Below, piece after piece: positions 39,060-52,319 of a stretch of DNA of 64,000 bases. The DNA lies in the NCBI RefSeq assembly GCF_020745735.1, contig NC_083404.1, forward strand, positions 14,694,001 to 14,758,000, given 5' to 3'. The position numbers and the translations under genes were made by a program. The notes beneath the pieces are model-generated. The model was not told the origin of the DNA and searched no databases. It was given only the letters and a program-made list of their open reading frames with translations. This DNA comes from Hemiscyllium ocellatum (lineage: Eukaryota). The stretch's first letter is position 1. Every line of letters begins with the position of its first letter.

Positions 39060-39510
39060 CAGCCCCATCGCCTGTTGTGGTTGACTTTTAATTTCCCTTT
39101 TTTATGTCAGGTTTTAAGGGAGGCAATTAGTTTGTTCTTGCGTTCACAAGCAAATCTGAGCATTAAATAATCCGTGAAATATGAACTCGGTCTTATGTTT
39201 GATATGCACATCAAAGGCCGAAAAGGCCAAAGAAAGCCCTTGGTTAATTATTGAAGAGGTGTCTGTAAAGGAAACATGAGTGAGTAGCGTGCATGCTTTT
39301 ATCCCCTAGTAACCTTTCATTGTCCTTTTCTTTAGACAGCTAACTCGGTGCGTTTAATAAAGGCAGTGCATACAGTCAAAGAAGGCAAAGGCCTAATGAA
39401 TGATTCTGATTAAAGGGCTTGACGGGGTATGATCTTTGCACAAATTTCCATGGGGTGTCAGCAAGGGGATGCTGATTGAGCGAACCATTAGCACAGCCAT
39501 ATTTTTAGTA
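39060..39510. promoter_or_regulatory. Candidate conserved non-coding element / developmental enhancer
   Basis: Non-repetitive, no ORF, dense TF-like motifs: TCF/LEF acatcaaagg (39208-39217), SOX cattgt (39318), homeodomain taatcc/ttaatta/taatga (39168, 39244, 39394), TGTCA (39105, 39456). Conservation itself not tested. Confidence 0.4.
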
Positions 39511-42500
39511 CCAGGAGGAGTGTCTTATACCCAACCCCCAACCCAATCCTGCACCATGAAGAATGAATGCTTCAGACTGATGACTTCCAATAAGGCTAGG
39601 TCTTGAAAACTACTATAAAAGGCCAAAAGGGTCAAAAGTAATTCATAACTGTTTAAAAATGGCATAGACCTCCAGCAGCTGCTGCTATTGTCATGCTCAC
39701 AGCGCTGTTTTCTGTATGCAAATTTGTCATAGGAAGTGCACTGGTTTTGCTGTATCACACATAGAGCATCAATCAGACTGTGGAATACATCAGAGTATTT
39801 TCATTATGCCTAGTTATTTACTGCATCAGAACAAATTACCGCAGCAAGCCTAGCAGTGTTCTGTGGGGAGTGTGATAGGACCAACCAGGTTTCATCTCAG
39901 AAATCTTATTGTAAACAGTACAGGATAAATCTTGCAATCGCAGTCATCAATCTTTCCTGCTCATGACTGTGTGCAACTGTAAGGATTTGTGACTAGGTGG
40001 TATGGTTTTGAAATTAACTGAGAATGCCATGAATCCTGATAAAGAAACCCTGTGGCTTTTTGATTTAGTTTATTCAGTGTATTAGTTGGATTTTTAAAAC
40101 TGACATCAAATTTCTTTACAGTTCTTTCAATTAATAAATCAGGTGATATTTATATTTGCAAAAATAAGACTGCTGAATTAAATTATTAAAACCATGAGTC
40201 AAAATACTGAGAGGAATGAAATTTTGTTTTCTCCATGTTAACTGCTATGCTCATCTTAAATAAACATCTGAAAGAAACAGCAATGTGTACAGATAATATT
40301 TACTACTTGCTCCAGCAACAGTGTACTTATTGACGTAATAGAAGATGCTTTGTAAATGTTGATTCACACCATTTCCCCAAAGCATTAACAGGCAGATTTA
40401 CACTATTCAGTTAAAAGAACAATCCAGTTTTAGTCTATTTTTTCATGTTAAATCCATTAATTTCATGATTCCAAAGATAATGATGTCTATCATTAAATGC
40501 GTATTATTTTGAAACATACTTCCTTGCATTTGACAGAGAAAGAAATGAGATACCTTATACCACTCCAAATTCTGACCATTTGACAACTACTATTTTGGAG
40601 ACATTGAGGCTACATATTCTTCTCACAATCCATGCCAGTTCCTTCATTTCTCTGATCATTCATGGTACTGTGAATGGCAATACAGGTTCACAACTCTGTA
40701 CCTTGACCAGCTCAGCGCTTAGAGAAACAAAGACACACCCATCCGAAAATTCTTTAACTTAAAATCTTCAAATATCATCGCATTGAAGTACATTATTCAA
40801 AAATAAGTGATAGTCCCAATTTATATTTACATATACTTATACATAAGTTGTGTTTAAAAGTTCATAATATGACCTGTTCTTATTTAAAAGAGCATAGTAC
40901 TCATTGCATACAACTGTCAACATGACTGCGTCAAAACATTTTTTCTTGTCAGAAAATCTGTGACTTCTGTATTTTTCATAGAAATCTGCTCAATACTGCC
41001 AATGACCAGTTCAATGACTGTTATAGCAGGAGGCAAAAGTCTCCTCATTAAATAAGAGTAGCATGTAATTGTTTAACAAATTCAGCTCCACAGGGATATT
41101 AAAGTACAAGAACAGGCAGTCAAGATATTCTGAAAATATCTGTGATAATTTGAATTTTTGCTTTCTGAAGAAAGGTAAAATCAATGATAGATTTTATTTA
41201 GTAGGTACATAAATGTTTACTCTGCTGCAAATGTTCATCAAGGTATTACAGTTACTTGTTGCAATTAATCTGTGGTCAGTTTTGGTCACCTCCTATTGAT
41301 CGCCCTTTAAAATGTGGAATGCTAGAGTCAACAAGAAATTCTGACACTCTGGAAGGGAAATTTGACCTTCAGCCGCAATGCAAAACTGGTAACATCAAAT
41401 CCACTGCCCTTTATACATTAGGAATCAGCTAGGCAAAGTCTAAAAGAAACTGATGATCTGTTGCTAAAACCAAATTTCACTATCTTTTAATTTTAATTGC
41501 ACTTGCAAGTTACGCTTAAATGAAATGTACTTGAGTCCTTGATGTAATCAACTTACTTTTTATTCAGGTACATTATCATCCTGGTAAAGTTTTTACATTT
41601 TACAAAATTGAAACCGTGGTGAACAAACCCTCAATTCTTCAGAATATATTTTGTAACCAATATTCATATGTCAACTGCTCAGCCATTAAACTGGCGATAA
41701 AATGTGTATTTCAATATTTGTTTTGTAATTCCAATTACATTGGTAGTTTTCTGTAGAACAGGTTCTTGTAAAAGCTCATTAAATGAATACATATTTCTCA
41801 GCACCAGGAGTGTTAGCTGGATTGGTGAGCTGACAATTAGAAGTTTTAGTTGAGGAACTGATTATACCCAGTTATTTATGCGGTTCCAATGGTATTTGTG
41901 TTTTGCTGAGTGAGCTTTACATGTATGATGCACTGCTGTTTTATCAACTGAACATTAGATGTCTGAAATGCCATGTTTATCACAAAAAAAAGAATTTTTG
42001 ATCGCGAATGTGTTGCTTATCAAATGTAGACAATGAAATTGGTTGATCTGGCAGAAAAGCTCGAACAACTCCATGGATGTTTTTACTGAACTAATTAAAC
42101 AGACAAAGCTTTATTGTGGGCTTAGAACATCTGACCCTTGCAGTTGTGCACTTTCTGAATTGCATACCAACTCCTGTGTGACTATGCCCAAGATGTTTGC
42201 CTTTTCACATAGGGATGGATATGTATGCACTCTGAAAGGTGAGGGGTGTGAGTGTGACTTCTGTAATGCAGTACCAAATCTCATCATCATTTAAAATCTC
42301 CCTGATTCAACCCTCAAGTCATCCCAATTTATCTCAAGTTGTTTATGCAATGCACCATGAGACCACATATCACTCAGCCACCTATATGCCCCTCACCACA
42401 CACATACTGAGCCATGCCTTTTCACATTGTTCATACCACCTCTGTCCACTCACACACGTCCAGCCCTGTGCCATCACATACCACTTAGAAAGCTTGCCAT

Positions 42501-43198
42501 CTCAATTTTTCCTGCATAGCCACTTACACAGTACAGATCATTCTGCTATAATGCAACAGTTATGTTCCTCTGTGAACTCGCATTATAGAAACTTATGCAA
42601 TAGAGGATTGCTACAGAAAATCGCTATACCCATTCAGTAAAAGTTCACGTTATCCAAACAGCATTCACAATTCATCAATCTTGTTATAGCCAATTCTCCA
42701 ATTCATGAAATGCATGGTATACCAGAAGAACTTGTGTGCATTATGTAAAATCATCAGGAACAATGCAAAAGCATAAAATCATTGGAAAAAATAAACCTCA
42801 AGCAATCCAACCAAACAACTGGATTAAAGCAGATTAATGTTAATGTTAGAAAGAAGACAAAATTGCCCAAGTATATTAAAAAATGTTTATCTGCTTATTA
42901 AGTTTGTTAACAAACAAAAAATGTATCAAAGGCATGTCTATTTTTCTGAAAATTTTCAATCATTCTGAGATCAACGCACTGCTTGCTGAACTGAAAGTGC
43001 AGAGATTATTTTCAACTTTCAAATGCAGGGCTCTTTTAATAGCCAGAGCTGTGAGTTTTAAATCACAGCACAAAGCATAAATGCAGATGTTGATAGAATC
43101 ATTCCGTATCATAGTTTGAATGCATGGTGGTACTTTACCCAATGGAGGATGTGCTGTAATACATGGCAATACCAATATAATGCTGATTAATCCCATAG

Positions 43199-43403
43199 TT
43201 GAGAATGTGCTGCTGGAAAAGCACAGGAGGTCAGGCAGTATGTGAGAAGCAGGAGATTCGACGTTTTGGGCATAGGCCCTTCATCATTCCTGATGTTGAG
43301 AAATGTTGATTCTCCTGCTTCTTGGAGGCTGCTTGACCTGCTGTGCTTTTCCAACATGACACTCTCGACTCTGATCCCCAGCATCTGCAGTCCTCACTCT
43401 GTC
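43199..43403. mobile_element. Penelope-derived fold-back mini-insertion
   Basis: 16-bp TSD ctgat(t/g)aatcccatag (43183-43198 / 43404-43419). Inverted arms ~70 bp. Degenerate hammerhead core on the minus strand. Confidence 0.85.
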
Positions 43404-43974
43404 CTGATGAATCCCATAGCCAACTATAATTTTAACTACAGATACCTTTAATAGATTATTTAATTAACAAAATATCTTCAACACATTACAGTACTTAATA
43501 TTGTCATTTGAAATGAGCCAAACATTTTACACTTACCTTTCTGAATGGTGCCAACTCCACAGCACGTTTCCATCATTAATCACAATGTCCGAAATGTGTT
43601 TCACTTCTTAATGCATCTGAAACCCATTGTTGTGCAGGACATAATATGCAGTAGGAAATATCATGTTGCTGACATCAGTGTCAGAGGAGGGGCATGTGCT
43701 TTCTACAGCCAAGGCCTCTCCTACTCTCCAGAAGGCCCACAAGGAGATATTGGAAAAGCAGCAAAAAATTATTTTCAACAAAGCAAATAAATCTAAGCAG
43801 TTTATAATCCAACTCACATCTCCAGTGGGATGTAAAACTCTAGCCTCAGATCATATTTCTGCGTGTCAGTACGGTATACCTTGTTTCACAGCAACTGATA
43901 ACAGAAACCTTGCAACAACATGTAACTTTAAGCTTTGTACAGTAAGTCTGATGACTGTGCTGTGGGAAGCCTCA

Positions 43975-46900
43975 AATATGTGCTGTACTCAATCTGGGAC
44001 AGTGTGCTGTACTCAGTCTGGGACAGTGTGCTATATACTCAGTCTGGGACAGTGTGCTGCATTCCGTCTGGGACAGTGTGCTATATACTCAGTCTGGCAC
44101 AGTGCACTGTACTGAGTCTGGGACAGTGTGCTTTACTCAGTCTAAGACTGTGCTGTATTCAGTCTTGGACAACGTACTGTATTCAGTCTGAGAAAATGTG
44201 CTTTACTCAGTATGGGACAGTGTGCTGTGCTCATTGTGGGTCAATGGGCAGTACCCGGTCGGGGACAGTGTGCTGCATTTAGTCTAGAACAGTGTGCTGT
44301 AATCAGTCTAGGACAGTGTGCTGCATTTAGTCTAGAACAGTGTGCTGTAATCAGTCTGGGACAGTGTGCTGCATTTACTCTAGAACAGTGTGCTGTAATC
44401 AGTCTGGGATAGTGTGCCGTTCTCAATCTGGGACAGATGCTGTAAACAGTCCGGGACAGTGTGCTGTTCTCAGTCTGGGACAGATGTTGTAAACAGTCTG
44501 GGACAGTGTGCTGTTCTCAGTCTGGGACAAATGCTGTAAACAGTCTGGGACAGTGTGCTGTTCTCAGTCTGGGACAGATGTTGTAAACAGTCTGGGACAG
44601 TGTGCTGTTCTCAGTCTGGGACAAATGCTGTAAACAGTCTGGGACAGTGTGCTGTTCTCAGTCTGGGACAGATGTTGTAAACCGTCTGGGACAGTGTGCT
44701 GTTCTCAGTCTGGGACAAATGCTGTAAACAGTCTGGGACAGTGTGCTGTTCTCAGTCTGGGACAGATGTTGTAAACAGTCTGGGACAGTGTGCTGTTCTC
44801 AGTCTGGGACAAATGCTGTAAACAGTCTGGGACAGTGTGCTGTTCTCAGTCTGGGACAGATGTTGTAAACCGTCTGGGACAGTGTGCTGTTCTCAGTCTG
44901 GGACAAATACTGTAAACAGTCTGGGACAGTGTGCTGTTCTCAGTCTGGGACAGATGTTGTAAACAGTCTGGGACAGTGTGCTGTTCTCAGTCTGGGACAA
45001 ATGCTGTAAACAGTCTGGGACAGTGTGCTGTTCTCAGTCTGGGACAGATGCTGTAAACAGTCTGGGACAGTGTGCTGTTCTCAGTCTGGGACAACTGCTG
45101 TAAACAGTCTGGGACAGTGTGTTTTTCTCAGTCTGGGACAGATGCTGTAAACAGTCTGCAATGTGCTGTATTCAGTCTGAGACAGTTTGATGCACTCATT
45201 CTGGGACAGTGAGCTGTACTCAGTCTGTGACAATGTGCTGTACTCAATCTGCGACAGTGTGTTGTACTCAGTCAGGGACAGTGTTCTGTTCTCAGTCAGG
45301 GACAGTGTTCTGTACTCAGTCTAGGACAGTGTTCTTTGTGCAGACAAGGACAGTGTGCTGGACTCAGTTTAGGACATTGTACTGTACTCAGTCTGGTGGA
45401 GATTGCTGTTCTCATTCTGGGACAGTGTGCAATCTTGGTGAGATTGCTGTTGTCAGTATGAGACTGTGTTTTACTCAGGCTGGGACAGTGTACTGTACTC
45501 AGTATGGGACAGTGTGCTGTAATCAGTCTGGGAAAATGTGCTGTACTCAGTCTGGGACAGAGTGCTGTCCTCAGTCTCGGGGAGATTGCTGTATTCAGTC
45601 TGGGACAGTGTGCTGTATTCAGTCTGTGACAACGTGGTTTACTCAGTCTGTGTCAGTGCACGGTCCTTCATCCTGGGGAGATTGCTGTACTGTCTTGATC
45701 AATATGCTGTTTTCAATCTTGGGGAGATTGCTGCACTCAGTCTGGGGGAGAGTGCTGTATTCAGTCTGGAACAGTGTGCTCAGTCATGGACAGTGTCCTG
45801 TACTCAGTCTTAGTGAGTGTGCTGCTCTTGATCTCGGTGAGATGGCTGTATTCAGTGTGAAGTATGAGGTCTGGAACAGTATGCTGGGCTCAGTCTGGCA
45901 CTGTGTTCTGTATTTAACCTAGGACAGAGTGCAGTACTCAGTCTGGGACCACATGCTGTAGTCAGTTTGGGACAGTGTGTAGTACTCATTCCCGGGACAG
46001 TGTTCAGTACACAGTCTGGGAAATGTGCTGTCCTCAGTATAGATTACTATAGTAATATAGATTATTATACTTAGTCTGGCATAGAAAACAGTATTCAGTC
46101 TGGAATGATGTGCTGTGCTCAGTGTGGGACAGTGTGTTGTACTCAATCTGGGACAGTGTGTTGTACTCAGTCTGGGACAGTGTGCTGCACTCAGTCTGGA
46201 CAGTGTGCTGTTCTCAGTCTCAGTGAAATTGTTGTATTCAGTCTGGGAAAATGTGCTGTACTCTGTCTGGCAGAGTGTGCTGCACTCAGTCTGGGACAGA
46301 GTGCTGTGTACTCAGTCTGGAAAAGTGTACTGTGTTCCGTCTGGGACAGTGTGCTGTACTCAGTCTGGGACAGTGCTCTGTACTCAGTCTAGGTCAATGT
46401 GCTGTACTCAGTCTGGGTCAGTGTGCTGTGCTCAGTGTGGGACAGTGCTCTGTACTCAGTCTAGGTCAATGTGCTGTACTCAGTCTGGGTCAGTGTGCTG
46501 TGCTCAGTCTGGGTCAGTGTGCTGTTCTTGGTCTCGGTGAGATTGCTGTCCTCAGTCTGGGACTGTGTGCTGTATTCAGCCTGGGACAGTATGTGTATTC
46601 TCAGTCTGGTAAAGTGCTCTGTACTCAATCTGGGACAGTGTGCTGTACTCAGTCTGGGACAGCATACTGTATTCAGCCTGGGACAGTGTGCTGTATTCTC
46701 AGTCTGGTAAAGTGCTCTGTACTCAATCTGGGACAGTGTGCTGTACTCAGACTTGGTCCTGTCCTTTCCTCTGTGTGAGATTGCTGTATTCAGTCTCGGG
46801 GAAAACACAGTATTCAGTCTGGGACAGTGCGCGGTCCTCTGTCTTGATCAATATGCTGTCTTCAATCTCGGGGAGATTGCTGCACAGAGTCTGGGGGAGA

Positions 46901-49900
46901 ATGCAGTATTCAGTCTGGAACAGTGTGCTCAGTCATGGACAGTGTCCTGTACTCTGTCTTGGTTAGTGTGCTGCTCTTGGTCTCAGTGAGATGGCTGTAT
47001 TCAGTATGAAGTACGAGGTCTGGAACAGTATGCTGGACTCAGTCTGGCACTGTGTGTTGTATTTAACCTGGGACAGAGTGCAGCACTCAGTCTGGAACAG
47101 TGTGTAGTATAGTACTCAGTCCCGGGACAGTGTTCAGTACTCAGTCTGGGAAAATGTGCTGTCCTCAGTCTTGGGGAGATTACTATACTTAGTCTGGCAC
47201 AGAAAACAGTATTCAGTCTGGAACAATGTGCTGTGCTCAGTCTGGGACAGTGTCCTGCACTCAGTTTGGGTCAATGTGTTGTACTCTTTCTACAGTAGTG
47301 CGCTGTACTTAGTCTGGTACAGTGAGCTGTCCTTAATCTGAGACAGTGTGTTGCGCTCAGTCTGGAACAGTGTGCCGCACTCAGTCTGGTACAGCGTGCT
47401 GTATTCTCGGTCTGGTACAGTGTGCCGCACTCAGTATGGTACAGCATGCTGTATTCTCGGTCTGGGACAGTGTGCTGTACTCAGCCTGGAACAATGTGCA
47501 GTACTCATTCTGGGTCAGTGTGCTGTACTCAGTCTGTGACAGTGTGCTGTACTCAGTGTGGGACAGTGCGCAGTATCCAGTCTGGGTCAGTGTGCATAAC
47601 TCTGATGGGGCAGTGAGCAGTACCCAATCTGGAACAGTGTGCAGTACACAGTCTGGGACAGTCTTCTGTACTCAATCTGGGATGTGTGCTGCACTCAGTC
47701 TGGGACAGTGTATAGTATTCAGCCTGGAACAGTGTGGTGTATACTCAGTCTGGAACAGTGTGCAGTACTCTGTCTGGGGCAGAGAGCTGTACTCAGTCTT
47801 GGGGAGATTAGTGTACTCAGTCTGGTGTAGAGCACAGTATTCAGTCTGGAACATGTGTGCAGTACTCAGTCTGCGACCTGTGTTTTACTCAGTCTGGGAC
47901 AACATGCTGTACTCAGTCTGGGACAGGGTGCAGTACTCTATGAGGGACAGTGTGCAGTACTCTGTCTGGAACTGTGTACAGTACTCAGTCTGGGACAGTA
48001 TGCAGGACCCAGTCTTGGACAGTGTGCAGTATTCTGTCTGGAACAGTGTGCAGTTCCCAGCGTGGGACAGTTTGCAGTGTTCAGTCTAGGACAGTGTGCT
48101 GTACTCAGTCTGGGACAGGGTGCTGTACTCAGTCTGGGACAGTGTGCCGAACTCAGTCTGGGACAGTGTACTGTATTCAGTCTGGGACAGTGTGCTGTTC
48201 TCAAACTGGGACAGTGTGCTGGATTCAATCTGGGAGTGTGTGCAGTACTTCGTCTGGACTATGTGCTGTACTCTGTCTGGGAAACCTGCATTACTCAGTC
48301 TGCCACAGCGTGCTGTTCTCACTCTGGGATAGTGTGCTGTACTCAATATGGGACAGCGTGCTGCACTCAGTCATGGATAGTGTGCTGTATTCCGCCTGGA
48401 CATTGTGTTGTATACTCATTCTGGGATGGTGCTCTGTACACAGTATGGGACAGTGGGTTGTTATGCTCAGTTTGTGGGAGAATGCAGCACTCAGTCTAGG
48501 AAAATGCACTGTAATCAGTCTGGCACTGAGTGCTGTACTCAGTCTGGGAAAGAGCTCTGCGCTCAGTCTAGGTCAGTGTGCTGTACTCAGTCTAGGTCAG
48601 TGTGCTGTACTCAGTCTGGGTCAGTGTGTTGTCCTCGGTGTTGGGGAGATTACTGTACACAGTCTGGCATAGAGCACAGTATTCAATCTGGAACAGTGTG
48701 CTGCACTTAGTCTGAGACAATATGCTGTATTTAGTTTGGGACAGTGCTCTGTACTCAGTCTAGGTCACTGTACTTTACTCAGTCGGGAACAGTGTGCTGT
48801 TCTCAGTTTGAGACAGAGTGCTGTAGTCAGTCCTGAAAATGTGCTGTTGTCAGTCTGTATCAGTGTGCTGTCCTCAGTCTTGGGGAGATTACTGTACTCA
48901 ATCTGGGACAATGTGCTATATTCAGCTGGGACATTGTACTGTATAGTCAGTCTGGGGCAGTGTGCTGTCCTCAGTCTTGGGGAGATTACTGTATTCAATC
49001 TGGGACAATGTGCTGTATTCAGCTGGAACATTGTACTGTACAGTCAGTCTGGGACAGTGTGCTGTACTCAGTCTGGGTCAGTGTGCTGTACTCAGTCTGG
49101 GGCAGTGTGCTGTCCTCAGTCTTGGGGAGATTACTGTACTTTGTCTGGGACAATGTGGTATATTCAGCTGGGGCATTATACTCTATAGTCAGTCTGGGAC
49201 AGTGTGCTGTACTCAGTCTGGGACATCGTGCTGTACTCAGTCTGGGACAGCGTGCTGCACTCAGCCTGGGGCAGTGTGCTGTACTCAGTCTAGACAGTGT
49301 GCTGTACTCAGTCTGCAGCAATGTGTTATACTCAATCTGGGGCAGTGTGTTGTACTCAGTCTGGGACAGCGTGCTGCACTCAGCCTGGGGCAGTGTGCAG
49401 TACCCAGTCTAGACAGTGTGCTGTACTCAGTCTGGGGCAGTGTGCTGTACTCAGTCTGGGACAGCGTGCTGCACTCAGCCTGGGGCAGTGTGCTGTACTC
49501 AGTCTGGGGCAGTGTGCTGTACTCAGTCTGCAGCAGTGTGCTATACTCAATCTGGGGCAGTGTGCTATACTCAATCTGGGGCAGTGTGCTGTACTCAGTC
49601 TGGGGCAGTGTGCTGTACTCAGTCTGCAGCAGTGTGCTATACTCAATCTGGGGCAGTGTGCTGTACTCAGCCTGGGGCAGTGTGCTGTACTCAGTCTGGG
49701 ACAATATGCTGTACTCAGTCTAGACAGTGTGCTGTACTCAGTCTGGGACAGCGTGCTGCACTCAGCCTGGGGCGGTGTGCTGTACTCAGTCTGGGACAAT
49801 ATGCTGTACTCAGTCTAGACAGTGTGCTGTACTCAGTCTGGGACAGCGTGCTGTACTCAGTCTAGACAGTGTGCTGTACTCAATCTGGGACAGTGTGCTA

Positions 49901-52132
49901 TACTCAGTCTGGGACAGTGTGCTGTACTCAGTTTGCAGGAGAGTGCTGTACACAGTCAAGGACATTGCATTGTACTCAGTCTGGGGCAGTGAGCTGTACT
50001 CCATCTGGGACAGTGTGCTTTACTCCATCTGGAACAACAGTGTCTGGAACAACATGCTGTACTAAATCTGCAACAGTGTGCTGCACTCAGTCTGGGACAG
50101 TGTGCTTTACTCCATCTGGGACAGTGTGCTTTACTCCATCTGGGACTGTGTGCTGTACTCAATCAGGGACAGTGTGCTGTTCTCAATATGGGACAATGTG
50201 TAGGTCTCTGCCTTTGATAAGGGCAGTACTCAGTGTGGGACAGTGTGCAGTATACATTCTGAGATAGTGTGCAGTACTCTGTCTGGGAAAGTGTGCAGTG
50301 TCCAGTCTGGGAGAGTGTGCTGTGTTACCTTGTGACATCTTGCTCTGCTTAGTCTGGGACAGTGTGCTTTACTCAGTCTGAGACAGTGTGCTGTACTCAG
50401 TTTGCAGGAGAGTGCAGTACTGAGTCTGGGACAGTACCCTATACTCAGTTTGGGACTGTGTGCTGTACTCAGTCTAGGACGGGGTGCTGTACTCAGTTTT
50501 CAGGAGAGTGTTGTACACAGTCTTGGACTGTGCACTGTACTCAGTCTCGTGCAGTCTGCTGTACTCAGTCTGGGACAGTCTGCCATACTCAATGTGGGAC
50601 AGTGTGCAGTTTTCAGCCTGGGACCGTGTGATGTATACCAGTCTGGGCCAGAGTGCTGTACTCAGTCTGAAACAGTGTGTAGTACTCGGTCTGGGACATA
50701 GAGCTGTACTCAGTCAGGAAAACATTCTGTACTCAGTCTGGGACGTTGTGCTATCCTCAGTCTTGGGGAGATTAGTGTACTCAGCCTGATGTAGAGCACA
50801 GTATTCAGTCTGGAACATAGGTGCTGTACTTAGTTTGGGACTGGGTGCAGTACTCCATGTGAGACAGTGTGCAGTACTCTGTCTGTAACAGTGTGCAGTA
50901 CTCAGTCTGGGACAATGTGCCGGACCCAGTCTTGGACAGTGTGCAGGACTCTGCCTGGAACAGTGTGCAGTATTCAGTGTGGGACAGTGTGCAGTGTCCA
51001 GTCTGGGACCTTGAGCTTTACTCAGTCTGGGACAGAGTGCTGCACTCAGTGTGGGACAGTGTGATGTTCCTAGTTTGGGACAGTGTGCAGTACTCACTAT
51101 GGAACAGTGTGTGGTACTCTGTCTGGGACAGTGTACTGTATTCAGTCTGGGACAGTGTACTTTATTCAGTCTGGGACAGTGTGCTGTTCTCAAACTGGGA
51201 CAGTGTGCTGCATTCAATCTGGGAGTGTTTTCAGTATTCCATCTAGACTGTGGGCTGTACTCTGGTACAATCTTTTTTACTCGTCTGGGAGACTGTCCTG
51301 TTCTCACTCTGGGACAGTGTGCTGTACTCCGCCTGGGACAGCGTGCTGCACTCAGTCATGGATAGTGTGCTGTATTTTGCCTGGGACAGTGTGCTGTACT
51401 CAGTCATGGATAGTGTGCTGTACTCCGCCTGGGACAGTGTGCTGCGCTCAGTCATGGATAGTGTGCTGTACTCCGCCTGGGACAGCGTGCTGCACTCAGT
51501 CATGGATAGTGTGCTGTATTCCGCCTGGAACAGTGTGCTGTATACTCATTCTGGGACGGTGCTCTGTACACAGTATGGGACAGTGTGTTATACTCAGTTT
51601 GCAGGAGAGTGCGGCACTCAGTCTGGGATAGTGTGCTGTACACAGTCTGGGATAGTGCTCTGTACTCAGTCTTGGTCAGTGCACTGTACTCAGTCTGGGA
51701 CAGTGTGCTCTACGCAATCAGGAAAACATGCTGTACTCAGTCTGGGTCAGTGCGCTGTCCTCAGTGTTGGGGAGATTACTATACTCAGTCTGGCATAGAG
51801 CACAGTATTCAGTCTGGAACAGTGTGCCGCACTTAATCTGAGACAATGTGCTGTACTTAATCTGGGACAGTGCTCTGTACTCAGTCTAGGTCACTGTACT
51901 TTACTCAGTCTGGGACACTGTGCTGTTCTCAGACTGAGACAGAGTGCTGTAGTCAGTCCAGAAAATGTGCTGTTGTCAGTCTGTGTCAGTGTGCTGTCCT
52001 CAGTCTTGGGGAGATTACTGTACTCAATCTGGGACAACGTGCTATATTCAGCTGGGATATTGTACTGTGTAGTCAGTCTGGGACAGTGTGCTGTACTCAG
52101 TCTGGGGCAGTGTGCTTTACTCAATCTGGGAC
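43975..52132. repeat. Minisatellite, 24-bp consensus CTCAGTCTGGGACAGTGTGCTGTA
   Basis: Unit directly visible over ~8.1 kb. Frames read CCTQSGTV, LSLGQCAV and YSVWDSVL, with frequent indels and stops. Confidence 0.97.
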
Positions 52133-52319
52133 CTCAATGTCAAGGTGACTCAGGGAAAGATGGGAAATTTGATGATGACAATACTGCTGAGACATTAATG
52201 AAGGGAGGATGGAGGGTCAAGGGGAACAGAGGTGGTGAACTGATGAGGATAAAAGAGAATGGAGGGATGAAATGGTGGGTCATGCAGAGAAGTGTTTACT
52301 ACACGAAAGACCCAACAAC

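Noticed and set aside
10790-43500. Numerous 60-150 aa ORFs in the ORF track as host genes
   Set aside because: They are alternative frames of TE fragments or chance ORFs, with no recognisable domains.
44420-45160. CRISPR-like repeat-spacer pattern
   Set aside because: The 'spacers' are themselves repeated, the context is vertebrate, and no cas genes are present.
43975-52132. V(D)J recombination signal array (gacagtg resembles heptamer cacagtg)
   Set aside because: The essential CAC is missing, there is no nonamer at 12/23 spacing, and no V/J segments are present.
45209-52148. Keratin-associated or metallothionein-like Cys-rich genes
   Set aside because: Overlapping ORFs in nearly all frames, frequent indels and stops, and no single maintained frame.
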